A stretch of 64,000 nt of DNA from Schmidtea polychroa (GCA_044892525.1 CM097887.1:1240001-1304000); one strand, 5' to 3'; shown: positions 28,501 to 41,730, counted from the stretch's first letter. Notes: generated from the letters alone by a model not told the origin. Numbers and translations are program-made.

Positions 28501-31500
28501 TCCGAACACAATCTAACCGGCGTTTGAGATTTACTAACAAATATACAACGTACTTTGCACGATTTTGAAACAATTCTATAATTCAATTTACCCAACTGTT
28601 TACCTATCTTTCTTTTGAAATCTTTATATCCTTCAGAATACGGCAATACCATCGTATATTTTGGTTCATCTTGTTTGTTAGTATCAATACTCATATTCAC
28701 TCATCATTCGACATATCAGTCAATTTACATTCATTCATACTATGATCCTTAGCATTATTCATACATTTATCAACAGTCTCTTTCAACGTTAACAATAAAA
28801 ACCGTTTTGAGTAGCTTTTCACCAGCAATTCAACTAATTTATCTACTCTTTTTACTGAATTTTTAAAAGTGAATGATAAGCACCATGATTGATAAACCAA
28901 TCCTTTCACCATATTTCTTTTATATTTAAATTCACAAAAACTCTCTGGGGTGGTATAGAGGCCGGTATCTGTTGGATTTCTGTAAATTTCTGTCTCATAT
29001 TGTTCATCTTTGCGTTTAATTAACAAGTCAAGAAATGCTATGGATGAATCCTTCTCAGTTTCACATGTGAATTTAATGTTCTAATGCAATCCATTCATGT
29101 AATGCAAAAAAGGTTTCACATGTTCCTGAATTTTAAATATTAGAAAAATATCATCAACATACCTTTTATACACAATTGGTTTTTCATATTGTAAAGATGC
29201 AATTTTCTTTTCTAAACAAGTCAAAAATATTGACGCCATTGTTGGTGCTAAGGGTGAAGCCATAGCCACTCCATCAATTTGTTCATACCATTCATTATTA
29301 AAAAGAAAATTAACTTTGGAAGTTGCAAACTCTAAAAGCTTCCTAAATGCATTTTCATCACACATATTATGCGCATTAATATTTTCATTCCATAATTCAC
29401 AACATAAATCGATTGTTTCTTTCAACGGGACATTTGTAAATAAACTACATACATAAAATGAAACCATATACTCATTAACATTATTTTTATTCAATTGTCC
29501 TTTTATTCAAATTTTATTCAATTTTTTGTATTAAATGAATGGATTACATAAGAACATTATAATTAATAAANNNNNNNNNNNNNNNNNNNNNNNNNNNNNN
29601 NNNNNNNNNNNNNNNNNNNNNNNNNNNNNNNNNNNNNNNNNNNNNNNNNNNNNNNNNNNNNNNNNNNNNNNNNNNNNNNNNNNNNNNNNNNNNNNNNNNN
29701 NNNNNNNNNNNNNNNNNNNNNNNNNNNNNNNNNNNNNNNNNNNNNNNNNNNNNNNNNNNNNNNNNNNNNNNNNNNNNNNNNNNNNNNNNNNNNNNNNNNN
29801 NNNNNNNNNNNNNNNNNNNNNNNNNNNNNNNNNNNNNNNNNNNNNNNNNNNNNNNNNNNNNNNNNNNNNNNNNNNNNNNNNNNNNNNNNNNNNNNNNNNN
29901 NNNNNNNNNNNNNNNNNNNNNNNNNNNNNNNNNNNNNNNNNNNNNNNNNNNNNNNNNNNNNNNNNNNNNNNNGGTCGACAAGTATTTCACGGTGCAGCCT
30001 CATACTCTCATCCGACAACACATAGATTATTCCCATTGGTATGATAGGGCAAAGCTCACCTTGAAGGAGATCCACAACACTCAATACTTGGCTTGCATGA
30101 ATCCTACTGCCGGCAGCTTCACAATCAGTCCGAGATTGCAGGTAATGAATGTGCCAGTGCTCACGTTATCATTGATGATATTATCATTTCAGCGCCATTT
30201 CTGCGTGTTTGCCCTCAGCTTCCCTGGCCAGGAATCCCTCAAAGCTATCTACTCCACAATCCTCACAGAAAAGCTCGGAACGAATTTCTCTGCCTCGCTA
30301 TTGAAAACCGTTTCCAATTTAGTGGAGTTAGCGCTGAATTTCCACAACAAAATCAATGCGACATTCCTGCCGACGGCCATTAAGTTCCATTACGTGTTCA
30401 ATCTGCGCGATCTGTCGAATATATTCCAAGGCATTCTATTTGCCGGTGCGGATTGTATCAAGCAGCCGCTTGATCTGGTGCGCCTCTGGATGCACGAGGG
30501 CGAGCGCGTATACAATGACAAATTGATCGATGATGCTGATATCGAGGCGTACCAGCGGTTGCAGCGGGAGCTGACAAAGAAGGCATTTGAGGAGATGGAT
30601 GAAGCGCTGCTGTTCAAGAAGCCCCTTCTGTATTGCCATTTCGCGCAGGGAATCGGTGAGCCGCGCTACATGCCTGTGGAGCGGTCCGAGGATCTGTCCA
30701 AGATCCTCAAGGAGGCACTCGAGAGCTACAATGAGGTGAACGCAGCAATGAACTTGGTGCTATTTGAGGATGCAGTCGCTCACATCCTGCGCATCAATCG
30801 GATCCTGGAATCACCAAGGGGCTATGCGCTATTGGTCGGTGTCGGGGGCAGTGGCAAGCAATCTCTATCCCGATTGGCTGCCTTCATTAGCTCCTTGGAT
30901 GTGTTCCAGATCACCCTGAGGAAGGGCTATGGCATCAATGACCTCAAGCTCGATCTAGCTGCATTGTACATGAAGGCGGGCGTCAAGAATGTGGGCGTTG
31001 TATTCCTATTGACTGACGCACAAATTGCTGACGAGAAGTTCCTCGTATTGGTCAATGACTTGCTGGCATCGGGGGAAATATTGGACTTGTTCCCGGATGA
31101 TGAAATGGAGAACATCATCGCCAGCGTCAGGAACGAGGTGAAAAGCACCGGATTGATTGATAGCAGAGAGAACTGCTGGGCATTCTTTATCAATAAGGTC
31201 AGATCAACTTTGAGGCTGGTACTGTGCTTCTCTCCTGTGGGCTCGACACTCAGAGTCAGGGCCAGGAAGTTCCCTGCGGTTGTCAACTGCACCTCGATTG
31301 ATTGGTTCCATGAGTGGCCAGAGGACGCGCTGATCTCTGTGTCGCATAGATTTCTCCAGGAGGTTGAATTGCTGCCGGAGGATTACAAGGACTCGACTGC
31401 CAGATTCATGTCATTCGTTCACAAGGCGGTCAACAAGGTCAGCATCTCGTACCTGCAGAACGAGCGCCGCTACAACTACACCACGCCCAAATCATTCCTG

Positions 31501-34500
31501 GAGCAAATCACCCTCTACAGCAACATGTTGAAGAAGAAGCACACGGAGCTGCAGGGCAAAATGAGCCGTCTGGAAAATGGATTGCAGAAACTGGAGAGTA
31601 CCGCACAGCAAGTCGATGATTTGAAAGCGAAACTCGCGGCTCAAGAAGTGGAGCTGGAGCAGAAAAATGTCAGCGCCAATGAGCTGCTGGAGAAAGTAGC
31701 GACAGATACGAAAAAGGTGAGCTCAGAAAAGAGCATCGCTGATGTAGAGGAAGAAAAGGTATCGAAAATCAAAGCAGAGGTGTCCAAGAAGCAGCAGGAT
31801 TGCGAAAGGGACTTGGCGAAGGCTGAACCGGCTCTGCAGGCTGCCCAAGAGGCCTTGAATACCCTGAATAAGAATAATCTTACCGAGATGAAATCATTCG
31901 GCACTCCCCCGCCAGCTGTTATCGACGTGTCGGCGGCCTGCATGTGCTTGATGGCGACCAATGGGAAGGTGCCCAAGGATCGGTCATGGAAAGCTGCCAA
32001 GGCGGGCATCATGGGCAAGATCGACTCGTTCCTAGACAACCTGATCAACTACAACAAAGACAACATCCCGGAACCTTGCTTGAAGGCTGCCAAGGAGTAT
32101 TGCAAGGATCCCAATTTCAACCCGGAGGAGATCAAGAGCAAATCATTGGCTGCCGCTGGGCTGTGCTCATGGGTTATAAATATCATTACCTACTACGAGA
32201 TCTTCTGTGATGTCAAACCGAAACGAGATGCGTTGGAAGCTGCAAATGAAGAGCTGAGAGAAGCCACAGAGAAATTGAGCGGCATTCAGAATAAGATCAA
32301 GCAACTGGAGGATCAATTGCAAAAGCTGCAGGACGAGTTCGAGAAAGCTCGAAGCGATAAACAGAGATGTCAGGATGAAGCTGATTTGACGTATAAGACA
32401 ATCGAATTAGCCAATCGGCTGGTGGGAGGTCTTGCAAGCGAGAATGTGAGATGGGGCAAGCAAGTAGAGCAATACAAGATAGAAGAGAAAACTCTGCCTG
32501 GTGATGTCCTAGTAACTGTGGCATTCCTATCCTATGTGGGATGTTTCACCAAGCCCTACAGGTTGACACTGATGGACACCCATTGGCTGCCTTTCCTGGT
32601 CAATCTGACACCGGCTATACCAATTACTCAGAACTTGGATCCATTGAAAATGTTAGTTGATGATGCGATAATTGCTTCCTGGAACAACGAGGGCTTGCCT
32701 AGTGACCGAATGTCGATTGAGAATGCCACCATATTGACCAATGCAGAACGCTGGCCGTTAATTATTGATCCGCAGCTCCAAGGAATCAAGTGGATCAAGA
32801 CCCGATACGGAGCGGATCTCAAGGTTGTGCGATTGGGCCAGAAGGGATATTTGGATGTGATCGAGCAGGCAGTGTCCGCCGGTGACGTGGTATTGATCGA
32901 GAACATAGAGGAGTCAATGGACCCGGTATTGGACCATCTCCTTGGCAGGAACACCATCAAGAAGGGAAGGGCAATAAAGCTCGGGGACAAGGAATGCGAA
33001 TATAATCCTGAATTCAAGCTCATCCTACAAACCAAGCTCGCCAATCCCCACTACAAGCCAGAAATGCAGGCACAGACCACCATCATAAATTTCACCGTCA
33101 CCAGAGATGGGCTCGAGGATCAGCTGTTAGCTACCGTTGTCAATAAGGAACGCTCGGATTTGGAAACTCTGAAATTGGACTTGACCAAGCAGCAGAATCA
33201 GTTCAAAATCACCTTGAAAGAGTTGGAGGATTCATTGTTGCACCGATTGTCAGCGGCAGAGGGGAACTTCCTGGGTGATTATGCGTTGGTGGAGAACCTG
33301 GAGAATAACAAGCGCACAGCCATCGAGATCGAGGAAAAGGTGGAACAAGCCAAAATCACCGAGGTGACCATCAACGAAACGAGAGAGCTCTATCGACCGG
33401 CAGCAGCCAGAGCATCAATGTTATATTTCATATTGAATGACCTGAATAAGATCAATCCCATGTACCAATTCTCGTTGAAAGCGTTCCGAGTCGTGTTTGA
33501 GAAGGCCATTGACAGAGCGGAACCGAGTGAGGAGCTCAAGGGACGGGTTGAGAACTTGATTGACAGCATTACGTTCTCTGTATATCTCTACACGTCGAGA
33601 GGACTGTTTGAGAAGGACAAATTGATCTTCACCGCACAAATGTCCTTCCAGATCTTGCTGGGGACAAAGGAGATAAATCCCTTTGAATTGGATTTCCTGT
33701 TGCGGTTCCCGATCGTTCCCAATCTCACCTCACCGATTGATTTCCTCTCCAACAACAGCTGGGGCGGCATAAAGGCTCTGTCGGCATTGGAGGAGTTCAA
33801 GAATCTCGACAGAGATATCGAAGGCTCAGCGAAACGATGGAAAAAGTTTGTTGAAAGCGAAACGCCAGAAAAGGAGAAATTCCCTCAGGAATGGAAGAAT
33901 AAAACCTCATTGCAACGGTTGTGCATGATGAGAGCATTGAGGCCAGATCGGATGACGTATGCGGTTGCGGACTTTGTCGATGAGAAGCTCGGGCACAAAT
34001 TTGTCGAGGGAGGCGGAGTAGAGTTCTCGCAATCGTTTGAGGAATCCGGGCCTGCCACTCCGATATTCTTCATTCTCTCGCCGGGTGTCGATCCCCTCAA
34101 GGATGTAGAAACTTTGGGCAGGAAGCTCGGATTCTCAGGAGATGACAAGAACTTCAGGAACATTTCTCTGGGGCAGGGCCAGGAAATCGTGGCAGAAAAG
34201 GCGATGGATCTGGGCGCCAAGGAAGGCCATTGGGTGGTGCTGCAGAACATCCATCTCGTGTCCAAATGGCTGAGCGCCCTGGAGAAGAAGCTTGAGGAAT
34301 ATGCAGAGGAGAGCCACGAGAGCTATCGGGTGTTCATCAGTGCGGAGCCAGCAGGAACCCCGGAATCTCATATCATTCCCCAGGGAATACTCGAGAACGC
34401 CATAAAGATCACCAATGAACCTCCGACAGGAATGCTGGCAAACCTTCACAAGTCGCTCAACAATTTCAATCAGGAAACCATGGAGATGTGTGCCAAAGAG

Positions 34501-35835
34501 AACGAGTTCAAAACGATCCTATTCGCGCTCTGCTATTTCCATGCGGTCGTATCAGAAAGGAGAAAGTTCGGGCCGCAAGGCTGGAATCGATCGTATCCGT
34601 TCAACACGGGGGATCTGGCGATCAGTGTGAATGTGCTCTACAATTATTTGGAGGCAAACAGCAAGGTTCCGTGGGAGGATCTGCGATACCTGTTCGGTGA
34701 GATCATGTACGGGGGCCATATCACTGATGACTGGGATAGGAAGCTCTGCAAGACATATCTCGAGGAATACCTCCAGCCAGAAATGCTCGATGGGGAACTC
34801 TACATCGCCCCAGGGTTCAAGGTGCCCCCCAACACGGATTACAAGGGCTACCACAATTACATTGATGAGTGCCTCCCGGCAGAGAGCCCCTATCTCTATG
34901 GGTTACACCCGAACGCAGAGATCGAGTTCCTCACGTCAATCAGTGACAAATTATTCAAGACAGTATTTGAGATGCAGCCAAGGGACTCCTCGGGTGCAGG
35001 CGCGACTGGCGTCAGTCGAGAGGAACGCATCAAGCAAATCCTTGATGATATCATGGAGAAGTTGCCCGATGATTTCAACATGGTTGAAATACAAGCCAAG
35101 GTTCCTCCAGAGGAAAGGAATCCCTATGTGGTGGTTGCGTTCCAGGAGTGCGAGCGCATGAATATGCTGACATCTGAGATCAGGAGATCACTGAAGGAAT
35201 TAGATCTCGGGTTGAAAGGAGAGCTGACAATCACAGCCGACATGGAGGCCTTATCTAATTCCCTCTATATGGATGCAATCCCAGAATCATGGAGCAAGAG
35301 GGCATATCCCAGCCTTTATGGATTGGCTATTTGGTATGCCGACTTGTTGTTACGCATCAAGGAGCTCGAGATATGGACCACAGATTTCCAATTGCCCAGT
35401 GTCATTTGGTTGGGTGGCTTGTTCAATCCCCAATCGTTCCTAACAGCAATCATGCAGCAAATGGCCAGAAAGAACGAGTGGCCACTCGATAGAATGGCAT
35501 TACAATGCGACGTGACAAAGAAGAACAAAGAGGATATGGGAGGTCCTCCAAGGGACGGAGCATATGTTCACGGGCTATTTATGGAAGGTGCTAGATGGGA
35601 CACTCAGAGTGGCATGATTGCAGAGGCTAAATTGAAGGAATTAGGCCCATCCATGCCAGTTATCTTTATCAAGGCGATTCCAGTTGACAGGCAAGATCTG
35701 AGGAATGTTTACGCTTGTCCGGTTTACAAGACAAAAGAAAGAGGCCCCACGTTTGTATGGACATTTAATTTGAAAACTAAAGAAAAGCCCGCAAAATGGG
35801 TTTTAGGAGGGGTCGCTCTGCTTTTACAAGTTTGA
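4584..35835 (+). CDS. DNAH9: Axonemal dynein heavy chain, outer-arm beta type (DNAH9/11/17 family), 19 exons, 4464 aa
   Basis: GT-AG exons: 4584-4943, 5031-5224, 7949-8232, 8283-8494, 8557-8790, 9635-9919, 11217-11476, 11531-11599, 11643-11769, 13810-14065, 15869-16113, 18027-18206, 18256-18696, 21549-21911, 21974-22177, 22238-25801, 27419-27724, 29974-30141, 30193-35835. Total 13395 nt, in frame. P-loops [32 protein letters not shown]; Walker B CFDEFNR; stalk coiled coil; C-terminal domain. The exact paralog name within DNAH9/11/17 is uncertain. Confidence 0.95.
6942..7587 (+). mobile_element. Internally deleted pogo/Tigger-like DNA transposon remnant in dynein intron 2
   Basis: Inverted ends CTTGTCTATAAGCCG (6942; left end runs into N) and CGGCTTATAGACAAGAACTTAGGGTA (to 7587), with repeated ATAAGCCG motifs. 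ORF 7162-7404 ([23 protein letters not shown] + acidic tail) resembles the C-terminus of pogo-type DDE transposases. Confidence 0.65.
8804..9592 (+). repeat. 8-bp minisatellite (TATGATCC/TATGATTC/AATGATCC/TTTGATTC) filling dynein intron 5
   Basis: Tandem array read directly from the sequence. Confidence 0.95.
9929..11180 (+). repeat. ~10-12-bp minisatellite (TATTGATGCAC/TATTGATGCCC variants) filling dynein intron 6
   Basis: Tandem array read directly from the sequence. Confidence 0.95.
11810..13740 (+). repeat. 20-bp minisatellite (GATTGGTTGGTTTATCTGTT) filling dynein intron 9
   Basis: Tandem array read directly from the sequence. Confidence 0.95.
14302..15423 (+). repeat. 31-bp minisatellite (CAGTTAAACCTTTATGCAATTRGTCATSATA) in dynein intron 10
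   Basis: Roughly 36 tandem copies read directly. Confidence 0.95.
17290..17517 (+). repeat. 33-bp tandem repeat (CTTGCGTCTTGCAAAACTTTCCTGTAAGGGCTT) in dynein intron 11
   Basis: About 6-7 copies; explains the repetitive spurious ORFs at 17218-17543. Confidence 0.9.
18728..21548 (+). repeat. Modular ATTC/ATTTAT/ATGC/ATTTGC satellite filling dynein intron 13
   Basis: 2.8-kb array read directly; explains the spurious HIHSFIFI ORFs. Confidence 0.95.
22238..25801 (+). CDS. DNAH9: Dynein heavy chain exon 16 (linker, AAA1, AAA2)
   Basis: Contains [63 protein letters not shown]; flanked by CAG| and |GTGAGT. Confidence 0.95.
26107..26160 (+). repeat. (GTT/GCT)n microsatellite
   Basis: Read directly. 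Confidence 0.85.
28218..29494 (-). mobile_element. 5'-truncated, degenerate Penelope-like retroelement (RT + GIY-YIG endonuclease) in dynein intron 17
   Basis: RT motifs [29 protein letters not shown] and FLDLLI, followed by a GIY-YIG domain ([16 protein letters not shown]...[13 protein letters not shown]). Split by stop codons across ORFs 29081-29494, 28697-29026 and 28218-28700. Confidence 0.85.
30193..35835 (+). CDS. DNAH9: Dynein heavy chain exon 19 (AAA3 end, AAA4, stalk/MTBD, AAA5, AAA6, C-terminal domain)
   Basis: [15 protein letters not shown], long coiled coil, [18 protein letters not shown]; ends [12 protein letters not shown]-stop. Confidence 0.95.
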   Translation, partial: RHFCVFALSFPGQESLKAIYSTILTEKLGTNFSASLLKTVSNLVELALNFHNKINATFLPTAIKFHYVFNLRDLSNIFQGILFAGADCIKQPLDLVRLWMHEGERVYNDKLIDDADIEAYQRLQRELTKKAFEEMDEALLFKKPLLYCHFAQGIGEPRYMPVERSEDLSKILKEALESYNEVNAAMNLVLFEDAVAHILRINRILESPRGYALLVGVGGSGKQSLSRLAAFISSLDVFQITLRKGYGINDLKLDLAALYMKAGVKNVGVVFLLTDAQIADEKFLVLVNDLLASGEILDLFPDDEMENIIASVRNEVKSTGLIDSRENCWAFFINKVRSTLRLVLCFSPVGSTLRVRARKFPAVVNCTSIDWFHEWPEDALISVSHRFLQEVELLPEDYKDSTARFMSFVHKAVNKVSISYLQNERRYNYTTPKSFLEQITLYSNMLKKKHTELQGKMSRLENGLQKLESTAQQVDDLKAKLAAQEVELEQKNVSANELLEKVATDTKKVSSEKSIADVEEEKVSKIKAEVSKKQQDCERDLAKAEPALQAAQEALNTLNKNNLTEMKSFGTPPPAVIDVSAACMCLMATNGKVPKDRSWKAAKAGIMGKIDSFLDNLINYNKDNIPEPCLKAAKEYCKDPNFNPEEIKSKSLAAAGLCSWVINIITYYEIFCDVKPKRDALEAANEELREATEKLSGIQNKIKQLEDQLQKLQDEFEKARSDKQRCQDEADLTYKTIELANRLVGGLASENVRWGKQVEQYKIEEKTLPGDVLVTVAFLSYVGCFTKPYRLTLMDTHWLPFLVNLTPAIPITQNLDPLKMLVDDAIIASWNNEGLPSDRMSIENATILTNAERWPLIIDPQLQGIKWIKTRYGADLKVVRLGQKGYLDVIEQAVSAGDVVLIENIEESMDPVLDHLLGRNTIKKGRAIKLGDKECEYNPEFKLILQTKLANPHYKPEMQAQTTIINFTVTRDGLEDQLLATVVNKERSDLETLKLDLTKQQNQFKITLKELEDSLLHRLSAAEGNFLGDYALVENLENNKRTAIEIEEKVEQAKITEVTINETRELYRPAAARASMLYFILNDLNKINPMYQFSLKAFRVVFEKAIDRAEPSEELKGRVENLIDSITFSVYLYTSRGLFEKDKLIFTAQMSFQILLGTKEINPFELDFLLRFPIVPNLTSPIDFLSNNSWGGIKALSALEEFKNLDRDIEGSAKRWKKFVESETPEKEKFPQEWKNKTSLQRLCMMRALRPDRMTYAVADFVDEKLGHKFVEGGGVEFSQSFEESGPATPIFFILSPGVDPLKDVETLGRKLGFSGDDKNFRNISLGQGQEIVAEKAMDLGAKEGHWVVLQNIHLVSKWLSALEKKLEEYAEESHESYRVFISAEPAGTPESHIIPQGILENAIKITNEPPTGMLANLHKSLNNFNQETMEMCAKENEFKTILFALCYFHAVVSERRKFGPQGWNRSYPFNTGDLAISVNVLYNYLEANSKVPWEDLRYLFGEIMYGGHITDDWDRKLCKTYLEEYLQPEMLDGELYIAPGFKVPPNTDYKGYHNYIDECLPAESPYLYGLHPNAEIEFLTSISDKLFKTVFEMQPRDSSGAGATGVSREERIKQILDDIMEKLPDDFNMVEIQAKVPPEERNPYVVVAFQECERMNMLTSEIRRSLKELDLGLKGELTITADMEALSNSLYMDAIPESWSKRAYPSLYGLAIWYADLLLRIKELEIWTTDFQLPSVIWLGGLFNPQSFLTAIMQQMARKNEWPLDRMALQCDVTKKNKEDMGGPPRDGAYVHGLFMEGARWDTQSGMIAEAKLKELGPSMPVIFIKAIPVDRQDLRNVYACPVYKTKERGPTFVWTFNLKTKEKPAKWVLGGVALLLQV

Positions 35836-36240
35836 ATTTTGTCTTTCCTTTGTTGGTTGTTTCCTAACTGTGATAAATCTAGACCTACCTATTTATGTTG
35901 ATGTTTGTGTAATTAGATAAATATTATTATTATTATCATTTTAATTATTTATTTATTTATTTTTATTATTGAGTTCTCACGCCGCACCGCAATATTATAA
36001 TCTTAGTAGCGTCCAATAAATATAAAGGTAAACGTTCCAACCTGATTGACCAATGACAATTTATGATTTGTTGTCATGCGGCTCAAGCTGAAATCTGATT
36101 GGCTGAAATTAATTAAGTGAAATAAATTGAAAATAAATTTGTTTGCTAGCTATGTTTTCTCCTTTGAAATATTTTTGGCACAATTTCAAATTCGTAAAAC
36201 AGCTCAAGGGCTTTGAAGGCCACCGTTCATTTCATGTTTA

Positions 36241-36614
36241 GGGGTCATTGCGTAATTACATCACGCCAAAAATAACCATTTTTGACCCACTCATCCTGTC
36301 ATTTTTGGTCACATTTCTGTTGATCCACCCCCCAATAGTGACGTCATTTTATTGTTCGCGAAATGAGATTAGCTTAGTGGTACCATACGGTCATGTAGAC
36401 TGATTGGGAGCTTGCTGTAGCAGCAATAATTGTTAGTCATCGTTGTCTAGTCAAAGTATCCGCATGACTGTAACATAGTAGCAGAGGAATATTGTTGCAA
36501 TAATAATTCTTGTGGTCCATAAAATACAACTAGCGTAACGTCAGCTCAACTCTTCCACCAACCCACGTCACGTTTTCAAAGAAATCGAGCGTGACGCAAT
36601 TATGCAATGACTCC
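36241..36614. mobile_element. PIF/Harbinger (Tourist-like) MITE, 374 bp
   Basis: Imperfect 26-bp TIRs GGGGTCATTGCGTAATTACATCACGC / GCGTGACGCAATTATGCAATGACTCC, flanked by TTA on both sides. Confidence 0.7.
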
Positions 36615-39600
36615 TTATCAACTTTCACGGTCAATTTCATTTTTTATTTAAAAATAATCTAAGGAATTTGTCATCAGTCGTCAAGTGTTATTTGCAAATT
36701 AGAAGTTTTTTGTATTAAATTGAATGGGGTTTGAAGGTGAGAATTATTATATTGATGCATTCAAACAAATATTGTTAGGGTATAGTTAATGATTATTTAC
36801 TAGCTCTTTATAAATATTTGTGACTCGATATGTAAGGAAAATATGTTGAACCCGACAGCGTCTCCAGTAAAAATATGTGCCGCAACAGTCGGGGGGTCTG
36901 TAGGTAATGCGTGCTACTATTCAAACAATAATAGAGTTAAAATACAAAATTGAACAAATCTAACAAACGATTTACAATTCTAACTTTTGTTAAACAAAGG
37001 AACAAACAACCTCAGTTAGCCTCCTCCGTAGTACTTTGGGTTGGTGTGAATGACTGGATCGGATAAAATAAATAATTCAGAATGAATAGTTCGTGGATTG
37101 AATTGAAATATCACCGGAATAGAAGAAAATTGAATGAGAATTTATGATGAATCGATAAATTTAGAAATACTTGAGTAATGTTCACGATATAAATTATTTC
37201 CTTTTGATTTTAATATTTCTAGTTTTTCTTACTTTTTGGATTGATTTTTTTTTGCGATTTTTTTTCTATAATGATAATTTACTATAGTAAATTATCGCTA
37301 TATAGTGTTGGGCTAGAACTGATTCCTAGACCCAAACTTCTAATTATGACTGAAACGTGTAGGTACACAACATGCACAAAGCAAAAAGTATAGCCAAATA
37401 TTAAAAACTACACCAATTAAACAAAAATAATTAAGGGAGAAAACAACAAAAAATAAAAACAGAAAGTAAATAAAATTATACAAAAGCAAGAAGTTTTGTA
37501 AAATCAAACTCAAAAATATCCAAATAAACATAGAATTACAAAAACAGACTCGAATAACTTAAAAGACGACAAAAACAGTAAAAAATTCCAGAAAAACTCA
37601 GAACATTCCATTAAAAATGGCGATGACCATCACAAAAGCCAGCTAGAACAATAAAAGTTAGAGAAAATAAATAAATTAGTATTAAAAATAATAAATCTTA
37701 AAAAGAAATTCATAAAACATCAGTTAAAATAAAAATAAAATAGAATTAAAATGGAATGTTCTGGAACCGTTCCAAATCCATCATGGACGGCAAATTAACG
37801 AAAAATAATTAAAAAATAAAAATATAAAAATAAAAACAAAAATTATGGCACAAAAATCGCCATCAAAAATAGCAAAATCGTAAAATAGAAAATTCTGGAA
37901 TAAAAAGAATTCGAGTTTGTTTTAATGCATCAATACATACACATGTACTAAATTGGTATATATACTGACACGTTTCAGTCAGACTTTCACTTTTTTATGC
38001 CAATATTTTATTGTTGAAAATCTTAAGGAAACTTATAGTGAGTAATTTTTCATTATTATATGTTTTATGAAATCATTTTAATGTTAATATATGTTTCATG
38101 TAATCATTTCGATATAATCTACCTTTAATTAACATATTTAAAGACCTATGATTTTTCTCATTATTTTTTTTTACGACTGATCAGCGACGTCTTAGTGCGT
38201 CTCTATTCAGTCCTGCATTCGATAGTGATGCAGCCTTCTAAAANNNNNNNNNNNNNNNNNNNNNNNNNNNNNNNNNNNNNNNNNNNNNNNNNNNNNNNNN
38301 NNNNNNNNNNNNNNNNNNNNNNNNNNNNNNNNNNNNNNNNNNNNNNNNNNNNNNNNNNNNNNNNNNNNNNNNNNNNNNNNGGTCGTCCACTTCATGGTTC
38401 TACCATGGAGTTGTGTCGATAAAACCCCTCCGCTATGGCTCCATATACTTTATTTATCGGTCGACAGTGATGTTTCGACTCAACACAACAGTAGGGCTTG
38501 TCGTAGCGGTCACAGTGGGGCCGTGTAAGCAAGCATTCTTCCCGAGTTCGAATGCATTACATATTTAAACTCAACATTAAAAATCTCGCACAATAGGTTT
38601 ACACTAAGGTCATAATCGAGTAGCATCTCAGACCCAAATTGAACACATATAGTCGGTTGAACCTCATTAAAAACTCAGTTATACCGGTACGTTTGTCGGA
38701 CCTCATTGATATATATAATTCTTAAGGTTGCTATAAAAGTTTTTCAAAAGTAAACGCAATAATCCACGTAAGGAAGTTTCGACAAGCGTACATAGTAAAA
38801 TGAAAATGCTCAATTATTTTAAACGAAATTCATTACTTCTGAATAACTACAGTTCTGAAAATAACGTACATTACCCTGATATAAAATTGTTAATATGTAT
38901 GATCTCTGAATTCCGAAGTACAATCAAGAATTCAAAACTATAATTGTAGATACGTATTGTCATTAAATTATAGAATATGTCTTAACATTATTTTTATAAT
39001 TGTGAACTATTAATGAATCATTAACTTAAAATTTTTCCCTTTTTGAAAAGTATTCTATAAATATTAAATTATTATCTTATTTTAAGATGTAATGTATAAA
39101 GGTATTATAATACTCAAGGACAAATATAATTTCATATTACCCTTAAATTCTCATCTATGAATATTAAATTATAAAATACACCTCGGTGCCACCCTTAAAA
39201 TACAAGGTGTTATGGTGTAGTAGTATTGAATGATGACTTTATTAAAATATGGAATACATCCTCAGAAGTATAATGTACAAATGTACCATCGTTCGGAATT
39301 ATAGGGGAATTATTATAATTTACATAAATGCCCGAATTAGAAATTATAAATTATAATGTATAGTTCATTTCGCATACGTAAATGTCTGAATTAGAAAGTT
39401 ATATATTAAAAATACAGACTGTAAATTATAAGGTATAATACCTTCAGCATACATAAATGCCTAAATTGGAAATTAAAAGTTTTATATTAAAAATACAAAT
39501 TATAAATTATAATTTTATACTACCTCAATGTATAACTTATTTATAATACCTAAATGCCTAAATTAGGAATTAACAATTTCATATCAGGGATATAAAATGT

Positions 39601-39717
39601 AAACTATAACTAATTATATGAAATGTGGGGTTATAAAATATAAAGCGTAAATGATTAAAAATAAATTATATATCTTGATCTTAGAAATATAGGCTATATA
39701 TGATTACAATATTATAT

Positions 39718-40330
39718 AACTATAAAGTATAAATAGTTATATCTAAATCACATAAGTATAATACTCTTAAAATTGCAAACTATAAATAATTATGGACAAA
39801 ATTTTAATTATCAGAATATAAATTATAATTAATTATATATAACTATAAGATATAACTAATTATATCTGAATCACATAAGTATAATATTCTTAAAATTGCA
39901 AACTATAAATAGTTATGGATAAAATTTTAATTATCAGAATATAAATCATAATTAATTATATATAACTATAAAGTATAAATAGTTATATCTGAATCATACA
40001 AGTATATTATTCTTAAAATTGCAAACTATAAATAGTTATGGATAAAATTTTAATTATCAGAATATAAATTATAATTAATTATATATAACTAGAAAGTATA
40101 AATAATTATATCTGAATCATATAAGTATATTATTCTTAGAATTGCAAACCATAAATAATTATTTTAATTATCAGAATATAAATTATAAGTAATTATATAT
40201 AACTATAAAGTATAAATAATTATATCTGAATCATATAAGTATATTATTCTTAAAATTGCAAACCATAAATAATTATAGACAAAATTTTAATTATCAGAAC
40301 ATAAATTATAATTAATTATATAAAATGTTG
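39718..40330 (+). repeat. AT-rich ~123-bp tandem repeat (about 5 copies, dimer of ~60-bp subunits)
   Basis: Unit starts AACTATAAAGTATAAATAGTTATATCTGAATC at 39718, 39841, 39964, 40087, 40201. Confidence 0.85.
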
Positions 40331-40869
40331 AGCATAAAATATAAAGTGTGATTCGTTAGATATGAAGCCTATAGGTATGTTATTCTTAAAAAGGTAAACT
40401 ATAAATAATTATGGATACAATTTTAGTTACAAGAATATAAATTATCAATAATTATATTTTGATTATAAAATAGAGAGTATAAATAAGTATATAGATCATG
40501 TAGGTATCTTGTTCTTAAAAGTATAAACTATAAATGGTGCAAAATATAAATCATAATTAATTATATATAACATTCGAAATATTAAGTATAAATAATTATA
40601 TATTTCAAAAAAAAAAAGAGATAATTATAGATAAAGGTTAGCTACAAAAATGAATGGTTCACCTGAGTGCCGATCTTAAAAACCTCAATTATAGGTAGTT
40701 GGGTGTTAAACAATTATATATAAATTACGAGCGGTCGTAGGTTATCGAAGTATTAATGGTAAATAACCCTACAAAACTATAAAGTATAGTAATGCAAATC
40801 ATAAACCCGGAAAATGGCAGGTACCTCATAAAATGTCGTCGAATTTTATTCTACCCCTAAAATATGTAT

Positions 40870-41730
40870 TGTTGGGTTTTTAATGCAAGTCGGTACTACG
40901 GTCTGACTCCTTTGTGTTCTTTTCCAAATAAATAAATAAATAAATAACCCAACACAAAATCTTTATTGACACTGATGCAGTTACACTTTTACACTTGTAT
41001 TAGTTTACTCACACTTGATACAATCAGGTTTTGTCTGCACTTTTCAATTTATTAACAAATCTCACGCAGGGGTAGATCTTCCAACGGGATATGTCCCTTT
41101 CTGGTACGTTCGATTTTTAAATGGTTTAATTTCTACTAACTTTAATATTTCCCTTTTCGCTCTCTTCAAACTTCTATTTTCTTTTCTTCGACCAACTGGC
41201 ATTTTGTTTTCTTGCCAGTTGCTTTTATACTCGTTTAATAATTGACTTTATTTTTGCCAATTATCTTTGGTCCTATTTCCCCCCGGGCTTCCTCTTGGAG
41301 ATCTAATTTAATTGAATGGAATTTGTTTGACGGCGCTTTTTACTTTTTATCCGGCTAAATTAATTGCCTTCCCGAAATTGGATTTCTCAATTCGCTCGGG
41401 TTTTCCATTGTATCGGGTTTCCCATTAGCTCGGGTTCTCCATTAGCTCGGGTTTCCCATTAGCTCGGGTTTTCCATTAGTTAATTAATTTTTAATTAATT
41501 TTTGTTTTTTGTAATTTATTCCTTTTAGGGACCCCCCATTGATTTTATTTTATTATAGCTGAACTCGTCTCATTATTTCGCATCCGCCCATACCAGTTTC
41601 CCCAGAAAATATTCATTTTTTAAAATTTTTGATTTTTAATTAATATTTTGTACTTTAAATTTTTATTCTGAATTTGGTGTTTTTGTCAATTTTCACCTCA
41701 TTTTTGTGCCTCCCTTGTTGAACCCCAACA
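40870..41730 (-). repeat. 3' LTR (861 bp)
   Basis: Direct repeat of 52250-53284; 5 copies of an internal 17-mer. Confidence 0.95.

Noticed and set aside
22511-35528. Numerous 60-180-aa ORFs overlapping dynein exons, and similar ones overlapping gag, the polyprotein and the LIM gene
   Set aside because: Shadow frames of real coding sequence with no independent motifs.
38500-38560. GTTCGAAT T-loop-like motif suggesting a tRNA or SINE
   Set aside because: No cloverleaf or A-box could be built around it.
41015-41245. 76-aa ORF antisense within both LTRs (also 52395-52625) and a similar 78-aa frame in the solo LTR (62373-62609)
   Set aside because: TTG start in the two LTR copies, short, and duplicated only because the LTRs are. 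The similarity to the solo-LTR frame follows from DNA homology and shows no clear codon-level constraint.
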